Shown here in pieces: positions 1-8,273 of a stretch of DNA of 60,862 bases. This stretch comes from Candidatus Woesearchaeota archaeon (GTDB lineage: Archaea > Nanobdellota > Nanobdellia > Pacearchaeales > GW2011-AR1). The notes beneath the pieces are model-generated. The model did not search any database and was not told where the DNA came from. It saw only the letters and a list, made by a program, of their open reading frames with translations. How positions within the stretch are numbered: the stretch's first letter is position 1; each line of letters opens with the position of its first letter. The translations under genes and the position numbers were made by a program. The DNA lies in the NCBI GenBank assembly GCA_964358765.1, contig CAYHPN010000002.1:1-60862 (forward strand), in the 5' to 3' direction.

Positions 1-78
1 AATGAACTAAAAAATGCTTTTTGTATTGAATTTTACCTAAAAAACACTAAGAAAAGCTAGTTTTTTAGCTAAAAATAG

Positions 79-250
79 TCAACTGTCAAAATTAGTTGAG
101 TGAATAAAAACTGATTTTCAATCAAATTTTCTTCGTCAAGAATCTTGTCATATTACGTGTTTTGATTCTTGATCGTGCTCAAGATGTCGAAACATCTTGA
201 CATGTTGAAAATTACTAACTTTCCTGACTCGCCTAGTGGCGATGTCAAGT
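79..250. repeat. Hairpin-array element (REP/MITE-like), copy 1
   Basis: Stems TCAAGAATC(136-144)/GATTCTTGA(164-172), TCAAGATGT-CGAA-ACATCTTGA (179-200) and TGAC-TCGCC-TAGT-GGCGA-T-GTCA (225-246). The same TCAAGA/TCTTGA stems recur at 44328-44375. Confidence 0.7.
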
Positions 251-313
251 TCTAATATTGCCGACCGATTTAATGTGATAAATAATTAATTTTATAAAAA
301 CCAAAAGACTTAT

Positions 314-349
314 AAACTATGGCAACTATAGTAAATATAGATACTATGG
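314..349 (+). promoter_or_regulatory. Four 9-bp tandem repeats, probable antitoxin operator
   Basis: AAACTATGG CAACTATAG TAAATATAG ATACTATGG, downstream of a TTTTATAAAAA TATA-like box and ending at ATG 346. Confidence 0.5.
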
Positions 350-552
350 ATATAACAACAATTCAATTAAGCAAGGAAACGAAGGATAAAATATCCTCTT
401 TTGGAGTGAAGGGGGAGAGTTATGATGAAATTCTTAGAAGGATCTATTCATTAGCACTTAAAGAACAATTAAGAAACTTTCTTATGTCGGATGATGGATT
501 TATCCCAATTGAAGAAGCCATGAAAGAGGCAAATAAAAAATGGCCAAAGTAA
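319..552 (+). CDS. Putative antitoxin, ribbon-helix-helix-like (true start possibly ATG 346)
   Basis: TTIQLSKETKDKI...GESYDEILRRI is the typical pattern of small archaeal RHH antitoxins. It has an acidic C-terminus and overlaps the next gene. Confidence 0.7.
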   Translation: MATIVNIDTMDITTIQLSKETKDKISSFGVKGESYDEILRRIYSLALKEQLRNFLMSDDGFIPIEEAMKEANKKWPK

Positions 553-890
553 CCATTTTAGAAAATTTAAAAGATGAGATAATTAAGAAGTTTAAAGAAG
601 AATCTAAAATAATTTTTAAAAATATGTATTCTTTAGGAGAAAATCCTCATAAAAGTAAAACTCTGGGAAATGTAGGGGGAATTGTTATTAAAGAACTAAA
701 GTATAAGAGTTTTAGATTTTACTTTATTACAGATGGATATAAATTGAAAGTTATGGATGAATCCAAATTAATTGATTTGCTTATTAGATTTGTGAGAATG
801 TCTGATAAAAACTATCAGCAAAAAACTATTGATGAAATTAAAAATATTTTAGCTAATTTTGGACCTGAAGGTTTTAAACAGCGAATTTAA
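540..890 (+). CDS. Putative RelE/ParE-superfamily toxin
   Basis: 116 aa, basic, SLGENPHKSKTL..IKELKYKSFRFYF pattern, overlapping the upstream antitoxin-like gene. Confidence 0.6.
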   Translation: MAKVTILENLKDEIIKKFKEESKIIFKNMYSLGENPHKSKTLGNVGGIVIKELKYKSFRFYFITDGYKLKVMDESKLIDLLIRFVRMSDKNYQQKTIDEIKNILANFGPEGFKQRI

Positions 891-914
891 ATTTTTGGAT
901 TAATATTTTCCTAT

Positions 915-1739
915 TTACTGCAGTTCAACATAGAAATAATAAGGTGTTGAAGAAGTATCCGTGCCGTGACCATTCTCAAGAACTATCATCTCAAAATCAT
1001 TATCCTGCTGATTAAAGCCGTTTAGTGCACCTTCTTCTAAGATTGATGCAAAGATAACTGAAGAAGAAGTTGGTTCATACAAAAGAGCTTCTTCAAATTG
1101 ATTCGTAGCTTGCCCTCCACCACTATTAAATAATTTAGTGCTGAGACATTCTCCAGCTGAAAATTGTAAATTTGAGGTATAAAATAGATCATGGCCATCC
1201 CCTGCTGGAGTGAAAGAGAAAGTTTCATTTACTCCATCTACATCATCAGATAATATTCCAAATTGGGTCTCCAAAACTGATAAATTTGTTCCGGCTAAAT
1301 TTGTTCCTCCAGCAGAACCGGCTGAACCTGTAGTATTTGCAGTAAAATTAAAACATTGAATATTAGACCAAGAAATTGAAGAATTAGTTGAAGAGTAAAT
1401 TTCTCCTTCTGGTTCTGCTAAAGACCAGTTGTAGATTACGTTGTCCGCGTTGTCTGCAAGTTGAATTGTGCCTGTAACATTACCGAAATAACCCTGCCAT
1501 GTTTGCGTTGTTGAAAAGCCATTAATATTAACTGAGGTAACATTTCCTGCTTGAGCTAAAGCGGAACCGGCTGAATCTGCAGGGGCTGTTTGTGGTGTAC
1601 CTGAAGTGATTGATCCTCCTGTAGGAGAAATTGCCAGAACATTAGATATTAAAAATAAAACTAATAAAGTTGAAACTAAGAAGATAAAATCTAGATTAAG
1701 ATTATTGCATCTTTTTTTACTAATTGATTCTCTTTTTAT
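915..1739 (-). CDS. Secreted module-A protein A1 (274 aa if it starts at ATA 1739; the ORF track truncates it at TTG 1274)
   Basis: The frame is open from 1760 to the stop at 915. It reads IKRESISKKRCNNLNLDFIFLVSTLLVLFLISNVLA-ISPTGGSITSGTPQT...TWQGYFGNVTG...YYFYVELQ, a full-length paralog of 12148 and 20316. No ATG/GTG/TTG lies upstream of the signal peptide. Confidence 0.85.
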   Translation of the reverse strand: MKRESISKKRCNNLNLDFIFLVSTLLVLFLISNVLAISPTGGSITSGTPQTAPADSAGSALAQAGNVTSVNINGFSTTQTWQGYFGNVTGTIQLADNADNVIYNWSLAEPEGEIYSSTNSSISWSNIQCFNFTANTTGSAGSAGGTNLAGTNLSVLETQFGILSDDVDGVNETFSFTPAGDGHDLFYTSNLQFSAGECLSTKLFNSGGGQATNQFEEALLYEPTSSSVIFASILEEGALNGFNQQDNDFEMIVLENGHGTDTSSTPYYFYVELQ

Positions 1740-1790
1740 AATAAAGTAAAGAGAGAAAAACTATTTATAAACATATCTTTTACCGACGGA

Positions 1791-1808
1791 TATTTTCATT
1801 TTTGAAAA
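1791..1808. promoter_or_regulatory. TTTTCA-N4-TGAAAA palindromic operator upstream of A1
   Basis: The 18-mer TATTTTCATTTTTGAAAA is identical to 12065-12082 and lies just upstream of a minus-strand TATA box (TTTATAAAT, about 1763-1771). Confidence 0.6.
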
Positions 1809-1829
1809 AAACTTCTAGATTTGAGATAA

Positions 1830-2708
1830 TTATTTAATACCTTCGAGAATTGACTTTAATTGCGTGATATCTTTAGTTAATGATGAAGATTTATTTATTT
1901 CATGAAGGGCGTCAATATATTTCTGAACCTTACTTACCAACTTATCCATTTCGTTTTTATCTACTAAACCTGAAATTTTAATTTTAAGAAAATCTACATC
2001 TTTTGTATTTTGATCTAATGAAACTTTTGTTTCTTTAATACTATCGCTGAACATGTCTATATCTTGAAATTTTCTTCTTAATTCTGCATAAATTGTATTG
2101 ACCTTGTCAGTATCTATATGGACATTTGCTTCCACTCTTTTAATTTCAATTAATTCTTTTTTAACCTCTTCTGCTAACTTTATTATTTCGTCTATGCCTC
2201 TGAAGAAATCTAATTTTTTCCTCATTTCTTTTAATTCCTCCATTACTCTGGATTGGATTGCTTCGTTTCCCTCTAGATTTGCTTTTAATGCTTCAAATTT
2301 GGCATCTTCTTTCTGCATTTCAATCATTAATTTATCAGGCTGAACGCTTTCAACAAGATCTGCTGCCTTTACAGCTTTAAGTTCTATTTCCTGAATTGTC
2401 CTATCTCTATCTAGAATCATCGCCCTGAGTTCACCAATCTGCTGATTCATTGTTGCGATTCTTTCATTTAATGCTTTTCTTACTTCTCCAAAAGATTCAA
2501 TGGATGCTTTCATTCTATCCAATTCTGTGGAAAGTTTTATTAGGTCAGAACTTGCATTTGCAGATAAGGCTATAGGTTGGGCTTCTGGAGCAGTCTTTTT
2601 CTCATTACCATCGTCACTAGCATTTTCACCTCCTGTAGGCATTTCTTCTGTTTTCTCTTTTTTTTTAAATCCGAACATTTTCAATCTCTTTAAAAAATTG
2701 CTAAGCAT
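1830..2708 (-). CDS. Cytoplasmic long coiled-coil protein with N-terminal amphipathic/basic segment
   Basis: MLSNFLKRLKMFGFKKK, then an acidic linker and about 230 aa of heptad-like sequence. It is the last gene of the ATPase-1 operon. Confidence 0.75.
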   Translation of the reverse strand: MLSNFLKRLKMFGFKKKEKTEEMPTGGENASDDGNEKKTAPEAQPIALSANASSDLIKLSTELDRMKASIESFGEVRKALNERIATMNQQIGELRAMILDRDRTIQEIELKAVKAADLVESVQPDKLMIEMQKEDAKFEALKANLEGNEAIQSRVMEELKEMRKKLDFFRGIDEIIKLAEEVKKELIEIKRVEANVHIDTDKVNTIYAELRRKFQDIDMFSDSIKETKVSLDQNTKDVDFLKIKISGLVDKNEMDKLVSKVQKYIDALHEINKSSSLTKDITQLKSILEGIK

Positions 2709-2735
2709 TGCTATGCTTTACAACTTATTTATATA

Positions 2736-3110
2736 TTAAATGTTTAACAACTTTATAAAGTTAATTCGGATAACATTTTCTAACTCTTTTTTTATATTTT
2801 GGATAAGAATTGAAAGTTTATAAAAGTCACTAGAGTTATAATCAACTGCAAAATGTTTAATTTTTGAAGGAACTAAAATTAGATCATTCTTGATGAAAAA
2901 TAAATCATTCTTTTTATTTTCTAAATTTTTAATTTTTATATTTAAATCATGAAATTCGTTTTTAAAATAAGAAATTAATGAAAATTTTAATGCATGAACT
3001 TGTTCTTCTTGGGGTATTGATTTAATTTTCTTTAGAGTTTCTTTTTTTATGATTTTTTTTGCCATTTTCATTAAAGATCTTAGTTCCTTTTTTTGTATTT
3101 TATCTTTCAT
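2736..3110 (-). CDS. Small helical ATPase-partner protein P1
   Basis: ATGA overlap with ATPase 1. It aligns with 58042..58716 (LKxxL..DLxxxI..KK.DL..PxKI..DxYK). Confidence 0.75.
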   Translation of the reverse strand: MKDKIQKKELRSLMKMAKKIIKKETLKKIKSIPQEEQVHALKFSLISYFKNEFHDLNIKIKNLENKKNDLFFIKNDLILVPSKIKHFAVDYNSSDFYKLSILIQNIKKELENVIRINFIKLLNI

Positions 3111-5302
3111 TTTTTCTTTTTGGTATGAGTTTTAGCAGTCTGTTTCTTATCTTTCTTTGTCTCCTCTTTTTTAATTTCTTCTTTTATGTCTTGCTTTACT
3201 TCTTCCTTTTTTACTTCCTCTTTTTTGACAATATTGTTTTCTTCTTTTTTTACCTCTTTATTCTCCTGTTTCTCTGTTTCTTCTCTTGATTTTTGAGCTT
3301 GTTTTAAGGATGATTCTACAACTGAAGTGTCTACTAACTCAAGTTCTCTTTTCTTAGGTTTTTTCCCCAAACTTTGCCAGTGTTTTTCAACTCTCGGTTT
3401 TAGACCTTCAAGATATATATCAACAACGGTAAAATTGCCAGTCATTAATTTATCTTTTACGAGTTTTAATTCCATTTTTATATCGAAGGTATCTATTTTT
3501 TCTTGTTCAAGTTGTTCAATTTGATATTCTATATCTTCTATGTCATCATTATATTTATTGTATTGATCTAAAACCTGATCTGAAAGTCTTCTAGTATTAT
3601 GCAAAATTGGCCTATAATTAATAAAATAGGGTTTTCCTTTATTATATCTTGGATTTACAAACATTCCTACGCCAACTGAAGCTTTGATTAAGGATTGAAG
3701 AAATTCCTCGCCATATTTTGTTTTAATTCTGTTCAAGTCTGCTTCATCCCTTGTCCTCATTTGAACTTCTGTATTAATATTTGCTTTAATTTCTCCAACA
3801 AAATCAGAAAGAACTTGAGAGACTAACATGACGCCAAAACCCCATTTTCTAAATTCTCTGCATGCTCTTTCTATTTGCAAAAATCCTTTACCGCTTCCTC
3901 CAAATTTAGGCAGTAATCTATGAACTTCATCAAATACCAACATTACTCTAAGGCCGGGAAACTCTTTTGGATCAGATTTAAATATGTTTGCAATAACAGT
4001 TGCAACAAAAGTATCAATTTGAGGAGGAGTGAGTTTGTTCATAGTAAAAATTTGAATTTGGCCCGGATTGAAATATTTTTTTATATCTATTGCCTGCCTT
4101 TCGTTAATGATTTGCCTTACGTTACCTGGAAAGGCTTTAGCATCTGATGGTTTAAGATTAAATTTTGGATAGAAAGATAACATTTTTTTATCCTCGCATT
4201 TTCTTAACATTCCAGACCACTGGGCTGTTGGATCAAAAACTATTACTGCGATATTCTTTAATAAGACTTCTTCAATGAGTGTTTGGGCTGTAATGCTTTT
4301 TCCTCCTCCTGTTGCTCCTGCAACTACTGCGTGGGTTGTTAGAGCATCCATTTCTAAATATGCTGGAATATTTGTTTCTGCAACTTTACCTAAAAGAAGA
4401 GTATTATCGCTTTTTTTTGGAAGAGTTTTTGTATAGAGCTGCATTTTATATTTTTTACTTTTCTCAATTTGTTTTCTAATTATCATAAAAGACAGAATTC
4501 CTAAAAGAAGAATAGAAAATAATATTAAAATAAGCCAAAGTGGAAGAAAACCAAATAACCTAATCTGCCAAAATGGGGTTTTTAATAGAATTTCGTTGCT
4601 TGTAATGATTTGTGCATCTTTGTAATTGGTTATAACCTCTAATACGTAATAATCCTCTTTTAATTTATCTGGGACATTAATCTCTTTAGTCAATTGGAGT
4701 GAACCTTTTACATCCAGAGATTCATTACCTAAGGCAATTGAAGTATTTTTATTTAAATTATTTAAAAAATATGAAAATGTAACATTTGGAATTAATTGAC
4801 TTCCAACTATTTTATCCAGTTTTATTTTAAATACGATTTTTCCATTTAATGAAAATTTTTTTCTTGGTAAGGATACATCAACTAAAATATCTGGATTTAA
4901 TGACTCGTTAGTTATTGTTACGTTAATATCTATTTTTTCTGTAATGTCTCCTGTGATATCTATATAACCTTGAAAAGATCCCAGCTCTCTTCCGGTAATC
5001 GTAAAATAGACGATTGAAAGATTATTTGGCTCGATTATTGATCCAGTGGACTCAACATTAATTATCTTTTTTATTGATTCTATTGAAGAAAAAGAGACTT
5101 TTACTTGTTTATCAAGGTAATTGTAAATAGTGAAAGAATCTGTAAAAATGTTTCCTAAAGAGATCTCTCTTTTTACGTAACTTCTTGATACTTCATAATT
5201 ATTATTTTTTATAGGCGGGCCGTATGCTGAATCAGCGGATATAATAGGAATTAAAATTAAAATTAAAAATATTATATTGCTAATTAATAAATTTTTTTTC
5301 AT
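3107..5302 (-). CDS. Membrane-spanning HerA/FtsK-family (DUF87-like) ATPase 1 with two extracellular Ig-like domains
   Basis: Signal peptide, beta-rich ectodomain, TM (LPLWLILILFSILLLGILSFMII), Walker A HAVVAGATGGGKS, IVFDPTAQW, Walker B LVFDEVH, REFRKWGFGVMLVSQ, helical region and K/E-rich tail. Confidence 0.9.
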   Translation of the reverse strand: MKKNLLISNIIFLILILIPIISADSAYGPPIKNNNYEVSRSYVKREISLGNIFTDSFTIYNYLDKQVKVSFSSIESIKKIINVESTGSIIEPNNLSIVYFTITGRELGSFQGYIDITGDITEKIDINVTITNESLNPDILVDVSLPRKKFSLNGKIVFKIKLDKIVGSQLIPNVTFSYFLNNLNKNTSIALGNESLDVKGSLQLTKEINVPDKLKEDYYVLEVITNYKDAQIITSNEILLKTPFWQIRLFGFLPLWLILILFSILLLGILSFMIIRKQIEKSKKYKMQLYTKTLPKKSDNTLLLGKVAETNIPAYLEMDALTTHAVVAGATGGGKSITAQTLIEEVLLKNIAVIVFDPTAQWSGMLRKCEDKKMLSFYPKFNLKPSDAKAFPGNVRQIINERQAIDIKKYFNPGQIQIFTMNKLTPPQIDTFVATVIANIFKSDPKEFPGLRVMLVFDEVHRLLPKFGGSGKGFLQIERACREFRKWGFGVMLVSQVLSDFVGEIKANINTEVQMRTRDEADLNRIKTKYGEEFLQSLIKASVGVGMFVNPRYNKGKPYFINYRPILHNTRRLSDQVLDQYNKYNDDIEDIEYQIEQLEQEKIDTFDIKMELKLVKDKLMTGNFTVVDIYLEGLKPRVEKHWQSLGKKPKKRELELVDTSVVESSLKQAQKSREETEKQENKEVKKEENNIVKKEEVKKEEVKQDIKEEIKKEETKKDKKQTAKTHTKKKK

Positions 5303-7443
5303 TTTTTCTTTTTTGTCTTTATTTTTTTGCTTTGTTTTAATTGTGTTTTAACCTTATTTAATTTAGGTTTATCTGAATTCATTTTTTTGTTTAGTTCGCC
5401 TTTAGCTTCATTAATGTTTTCGACTTTTTTAATTTCTATAGCAGGAATATCATTACTTTTAATTTCAATTTTTGCTTCTTGGAGCGTTTTATTTACTTGC
5501 TGAACATCTTTATTTTCAACTTGATTCTGCGGAGCAGGCCTAGGAGCAACTTCCTCACTTGGTTTTTTAATTTCTACACTAGTCGAATCTTTAACAATTT
5601 CTTGAGAAATTTCTTTTTTATCGCTTTCTTTATTTTCAGCTTGTTTTATATCTATTTGTTCTGCTTTTTTTAATAACTTTAAGTCTATTGTTTCTGATAA
5701 TTTTTTCATTTCAGATATTAAATTCGTTTTATTTTCAAGAATTGTTTTTGAAACTGGCTCCCCATAAATTGCTTTAATTCTAACATAAATATCAATTGCT
5801 TCATCATGCTTTCCTTCTTTAATTAATTTGTTGAGTTGAGTAATCATCATGTATAAGTTAAGCAGTCTCAGCCTCTCTTTATTCTTGTGATGTTTAGCCA
5901 TTAATAAGGCCAAAATAATTGAGGCAAATATTATAAGCATAAATAAAAAATTAGCTTTAATGAATGAAGCTACGTTAAACCCTTCTCCAATTTTAAACGA
6001 ATCCGAATCTAATGCAACTTTTTCTCCAGAAACTGCCCTTGCTATAAAAAGATATTCGCCTTTTTTTGTTCCTAGAGGAATTTCTAATTCTTTATCTAAA
6101 AATTTTATTCTTTCAGAGAAGATAAATTCCTCTGTCTTGGAATTTATGACGTTTCCATAATAGTCTACTACAGAATAATAAAAAGAGAGGTTATTCTCAT
6201 TTAGATCTTTTAGATTTTCTAAAGTAATATTTGCTTTTACAATCTTGCCTGGCTTAACACTTTTATATTCTTTAGAAATATCTACGTTCAAAGTTAATTC
6301 TGCTTCCAATGCTTTGAGAATTATAACAATAGGAACTTCCTTAACCCCTGCCTTTGTTATTATTTTTACGGTGCCATAATAGATCCCAGGAGGAGTAAGT
6401 TTATCTGCAGAAATTTCTATCGTAACTGATTTTGAATCTCCCCCAGACAAATTAAAATTTTCATCACTGATTGTTTTTTTGAATTCATCCAAACCTGATA
6501 ATTCTATTTTGAAATCTAAAGGAACATTTCCAATATTTGTTACTTTGATAGTTACTACTCCTGTTGCTCCTTGTGTTAAGTCGATATTGAAGCCAGCTGC
6601 TGGATCAATTGTAAAATTAAAACTTTCCGAAACTCCTCTTCTTAAGATATTTCCAATGATGCTATCTGAACTGCTTGATGAATCACTACTAGAATCTGAA
6701 GAACCGGTGCCAGTACCGGTGCCTGTTCCTGGAGTAGTAGGGGTAGCGTTCACAGTGAAATTTTGAATATCTGTAACATTCATCTGACCAAAAACATCGT
6801 ATGCATAAAACTTCCAGTAAACGACAGTGCCGCCAGCTGCACTGATTTGTAAAGTATAATTAGATTTATTTACATTTCCTGAAAATGAAAGATTTGAGTA
6901 ATTTGTGAATCCAGCCCCCTCATTTATTGAAAATATATAATGACTTAGACCTCCAGTATCCGTCCAATCCGTATAGAATTTTACAATTGTATTCTGAAAT
7001 ACCGTGGTTTTGTCTTTAGTGGGATTACTCCAGGTTGGAGGTGAAGTATCGTTTACTACGAATAAATAGACTAAGTTGCTTGAATTTGTGAAAAAAGAAT
7101 TTGTAGCGTTAAAAGTTACAGTCTTAGTACCTTCAAAATTGTAATCAGGATAGAAGGAGACACTATGAGTTATTGGATCTATAGAAATTGTTATATTTTC
7201 AACGCTTGAAGCATTGTAAGTTAAACTATCTAAATCGTAAAAATAACTATCTAGATCAAAAGAATTTGTGAGATTTGTGTTTTTTGAAATAGTTTGATTT
7301 GGTATATTTGAAATAAGTTGAGGAGTTGTTAAATTACCCGGAGATATATTTAGATATGTTGGAACTTCTGCAATAGCAAGGTTATTATTTAATACAAAAA
7401 CTAAAGTTATAACTATTAACAATAAACTTCCTCTCTTTTTCAT
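5299..7443 (-). CDS. Membrane-anchored Ig/cadherin-like surface protein with cytoplasmic helical tail
   Basis: Signal peptide, cadherin-like domain (FDLDSYFYD), G/T/S linker, two Ig domains resembling the ATPase ectodomain, TM and a Lys-rich tail. ATGA overlap with ATPase 1. Confidence 0.85.
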   Translation of the reverse strand: MKKRGSLLLIVITLVFVLNNNLAIAEVPTYLNISPGNLTTPQLISNIPNQTISKNTNLTNSFDLDSYFYDLDSLTYNASSVENITISIDPITHSVSFYPDYNFEGTKTVTFNATNSFFTNSSNLVYLFVVNDTSPPTWSNPTKDKTTVFQNTIVKFYTDWTDTGGLSHYIFSINEGAGFTNYSNLSFSGNVNKSNYTLQISAAGGTVVYWKFYAYDVFGQMNVTDIQNFTVNATPTTPGTGTGTGTGSSDSSSDSSSSSDSIIGNILRRGVSESFNFTIDPAAGFNIDLTQGATGVVTIKVTNIGNVPLDFKIELSGLDEFKKTISDENFNLSGGDSKSVTIEISADKLTPPGIYYGTVKIITKAGVKEVPIVIILKALEAELTLNVDISKEYKSVKPGKIVKANITLENLKDLNENNLSFYYSVVDYYGNVINSKTEEFIFSERIKFLDKELEIPLGTKKGEYLFIARAVSGEKVALDSDSFKIGEGFNVASFIKANFLFMLIIFASIILALLMAKHHKNKERLRLLNLYMMITQLNKLIKEGKHDEAIDIYVRIKAIYGEPVSKTILENKTNLISEMKKLSETIDLKLLKKAEQIDIKQAENKESDKKEISQEIVKDSTSVEIKKPSEEVAPRPAPQNQVENKDVQQVNKTLQEAKIEIKSNDIPAIEIKKVENINEAKGELNKKMNSDKPKLNKVKTQLKQSKKIKTKKKK

Positions 7444-7556
7444 ATAGTAGGGAAATGTAGATAGATTAAATACTTTACTTGAGTAAACGAAAAAACTTTA
7501 GAAATGATTGTAAGATAAAACGAAAGAAATATAACTGAGAATTACATAAATATTTT

Positions 7557-8141
7557 ATGAACGAAGATAGTGAATTGCTTGAATTGAAAAATAGATTAAG
7601 TTCAATAATTGATTATAATGCAAAAATTGATTTTATTGAAAAATACTTAAAAAATCAAAACAGTAATCTAAACCTAAACTCAATTGCCCAGATCTATGAA
7701 ATGCTTGGTGAATTAAATTTGAGTGTTGGAAACTTAAAGGGAACATATTTCCAGAAGGCAGGAGCTACTTTTGAGACTTTATCGGTACTAAATTTGGGTA
7801 AAAATGTAATAGACAGAGAAACTTTAAATAGAGCATATAAAAATTATCAAATGGCATATAAAATATTTAAAAAAAATGAAAATTATTCTTTAATGAATGA
7901 AACAGAAAAAAGATTAAATGACTTAAGAGAACAGTTATTTAAGGATCTGGGACCAATGAAAAAACTTACGATTACAAGTGTTTTGTTTTTGTTTGTATTG
8001 TCTTTTTTTCTCTTAAGCTCTTCATTTACTGGATTTGTAGTTGTTCCAATGGATGAAGGAGATACCACCCTTACTGGATTCGTATTTGCGATTACTGCAA
8101 TACTTGGAATGTTTATTGTTTCGAGATGGCTGTTAAAATAA
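7557..8141 (+). CDS. TPR-like helical protein with two C-terminal TM helices
   Basis: AQIYEMLGEL..YFQKAG..AYKNYQMAYKIF, followed by two hydrophobic segments. Confidence 0.7.
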   Translation: MNEDSELLELKNRLSSIIDYNAKIDFIEKYLKNQNSNLNLNSIAQIYEMLGELNLSVGNLKGTYFQKAGATFETLSVLNLGKNVIDRETLNRAYKNYQMAYKIFKKNENYSLMNETEKRLNDLREQLFKDLGPMKKLTITSVLFLFVLSFFLLSSSFTGFVVVPMDEGDTTLTGFVFAITAILGMFIVSRWLLK

Positions 8142-8273
8142 TGCTCTAACTGGTAAGGTGGCGGTTAAAGTAATGGCGAGATTAATTTTAAATCATTAAA
8201 CTTTGGTTTTGCGAACATCGAAAAGGTTTTTAAAAGAGAAAATGCTGTTAAAAATGTATAAAAAAGAGGGTAA

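Noticed and set aside
79-250. CRISPR array or tRNA in the hairpin-rich intergenic regions
   Set aside because: No constant repeat with unique spacers and no cloverleaf or T-loop consensus; the same holds at 44209-44430 and 58880-59134.
3107-5302. Canonical HerA-NurA repair helicase or HerA-Sir2 defence system
   Set aside because: No nurA/mre11/rad50 or nuclease partner nearby, no HAS barrel recognised, and both ATPases have ectodomains and TM helices.
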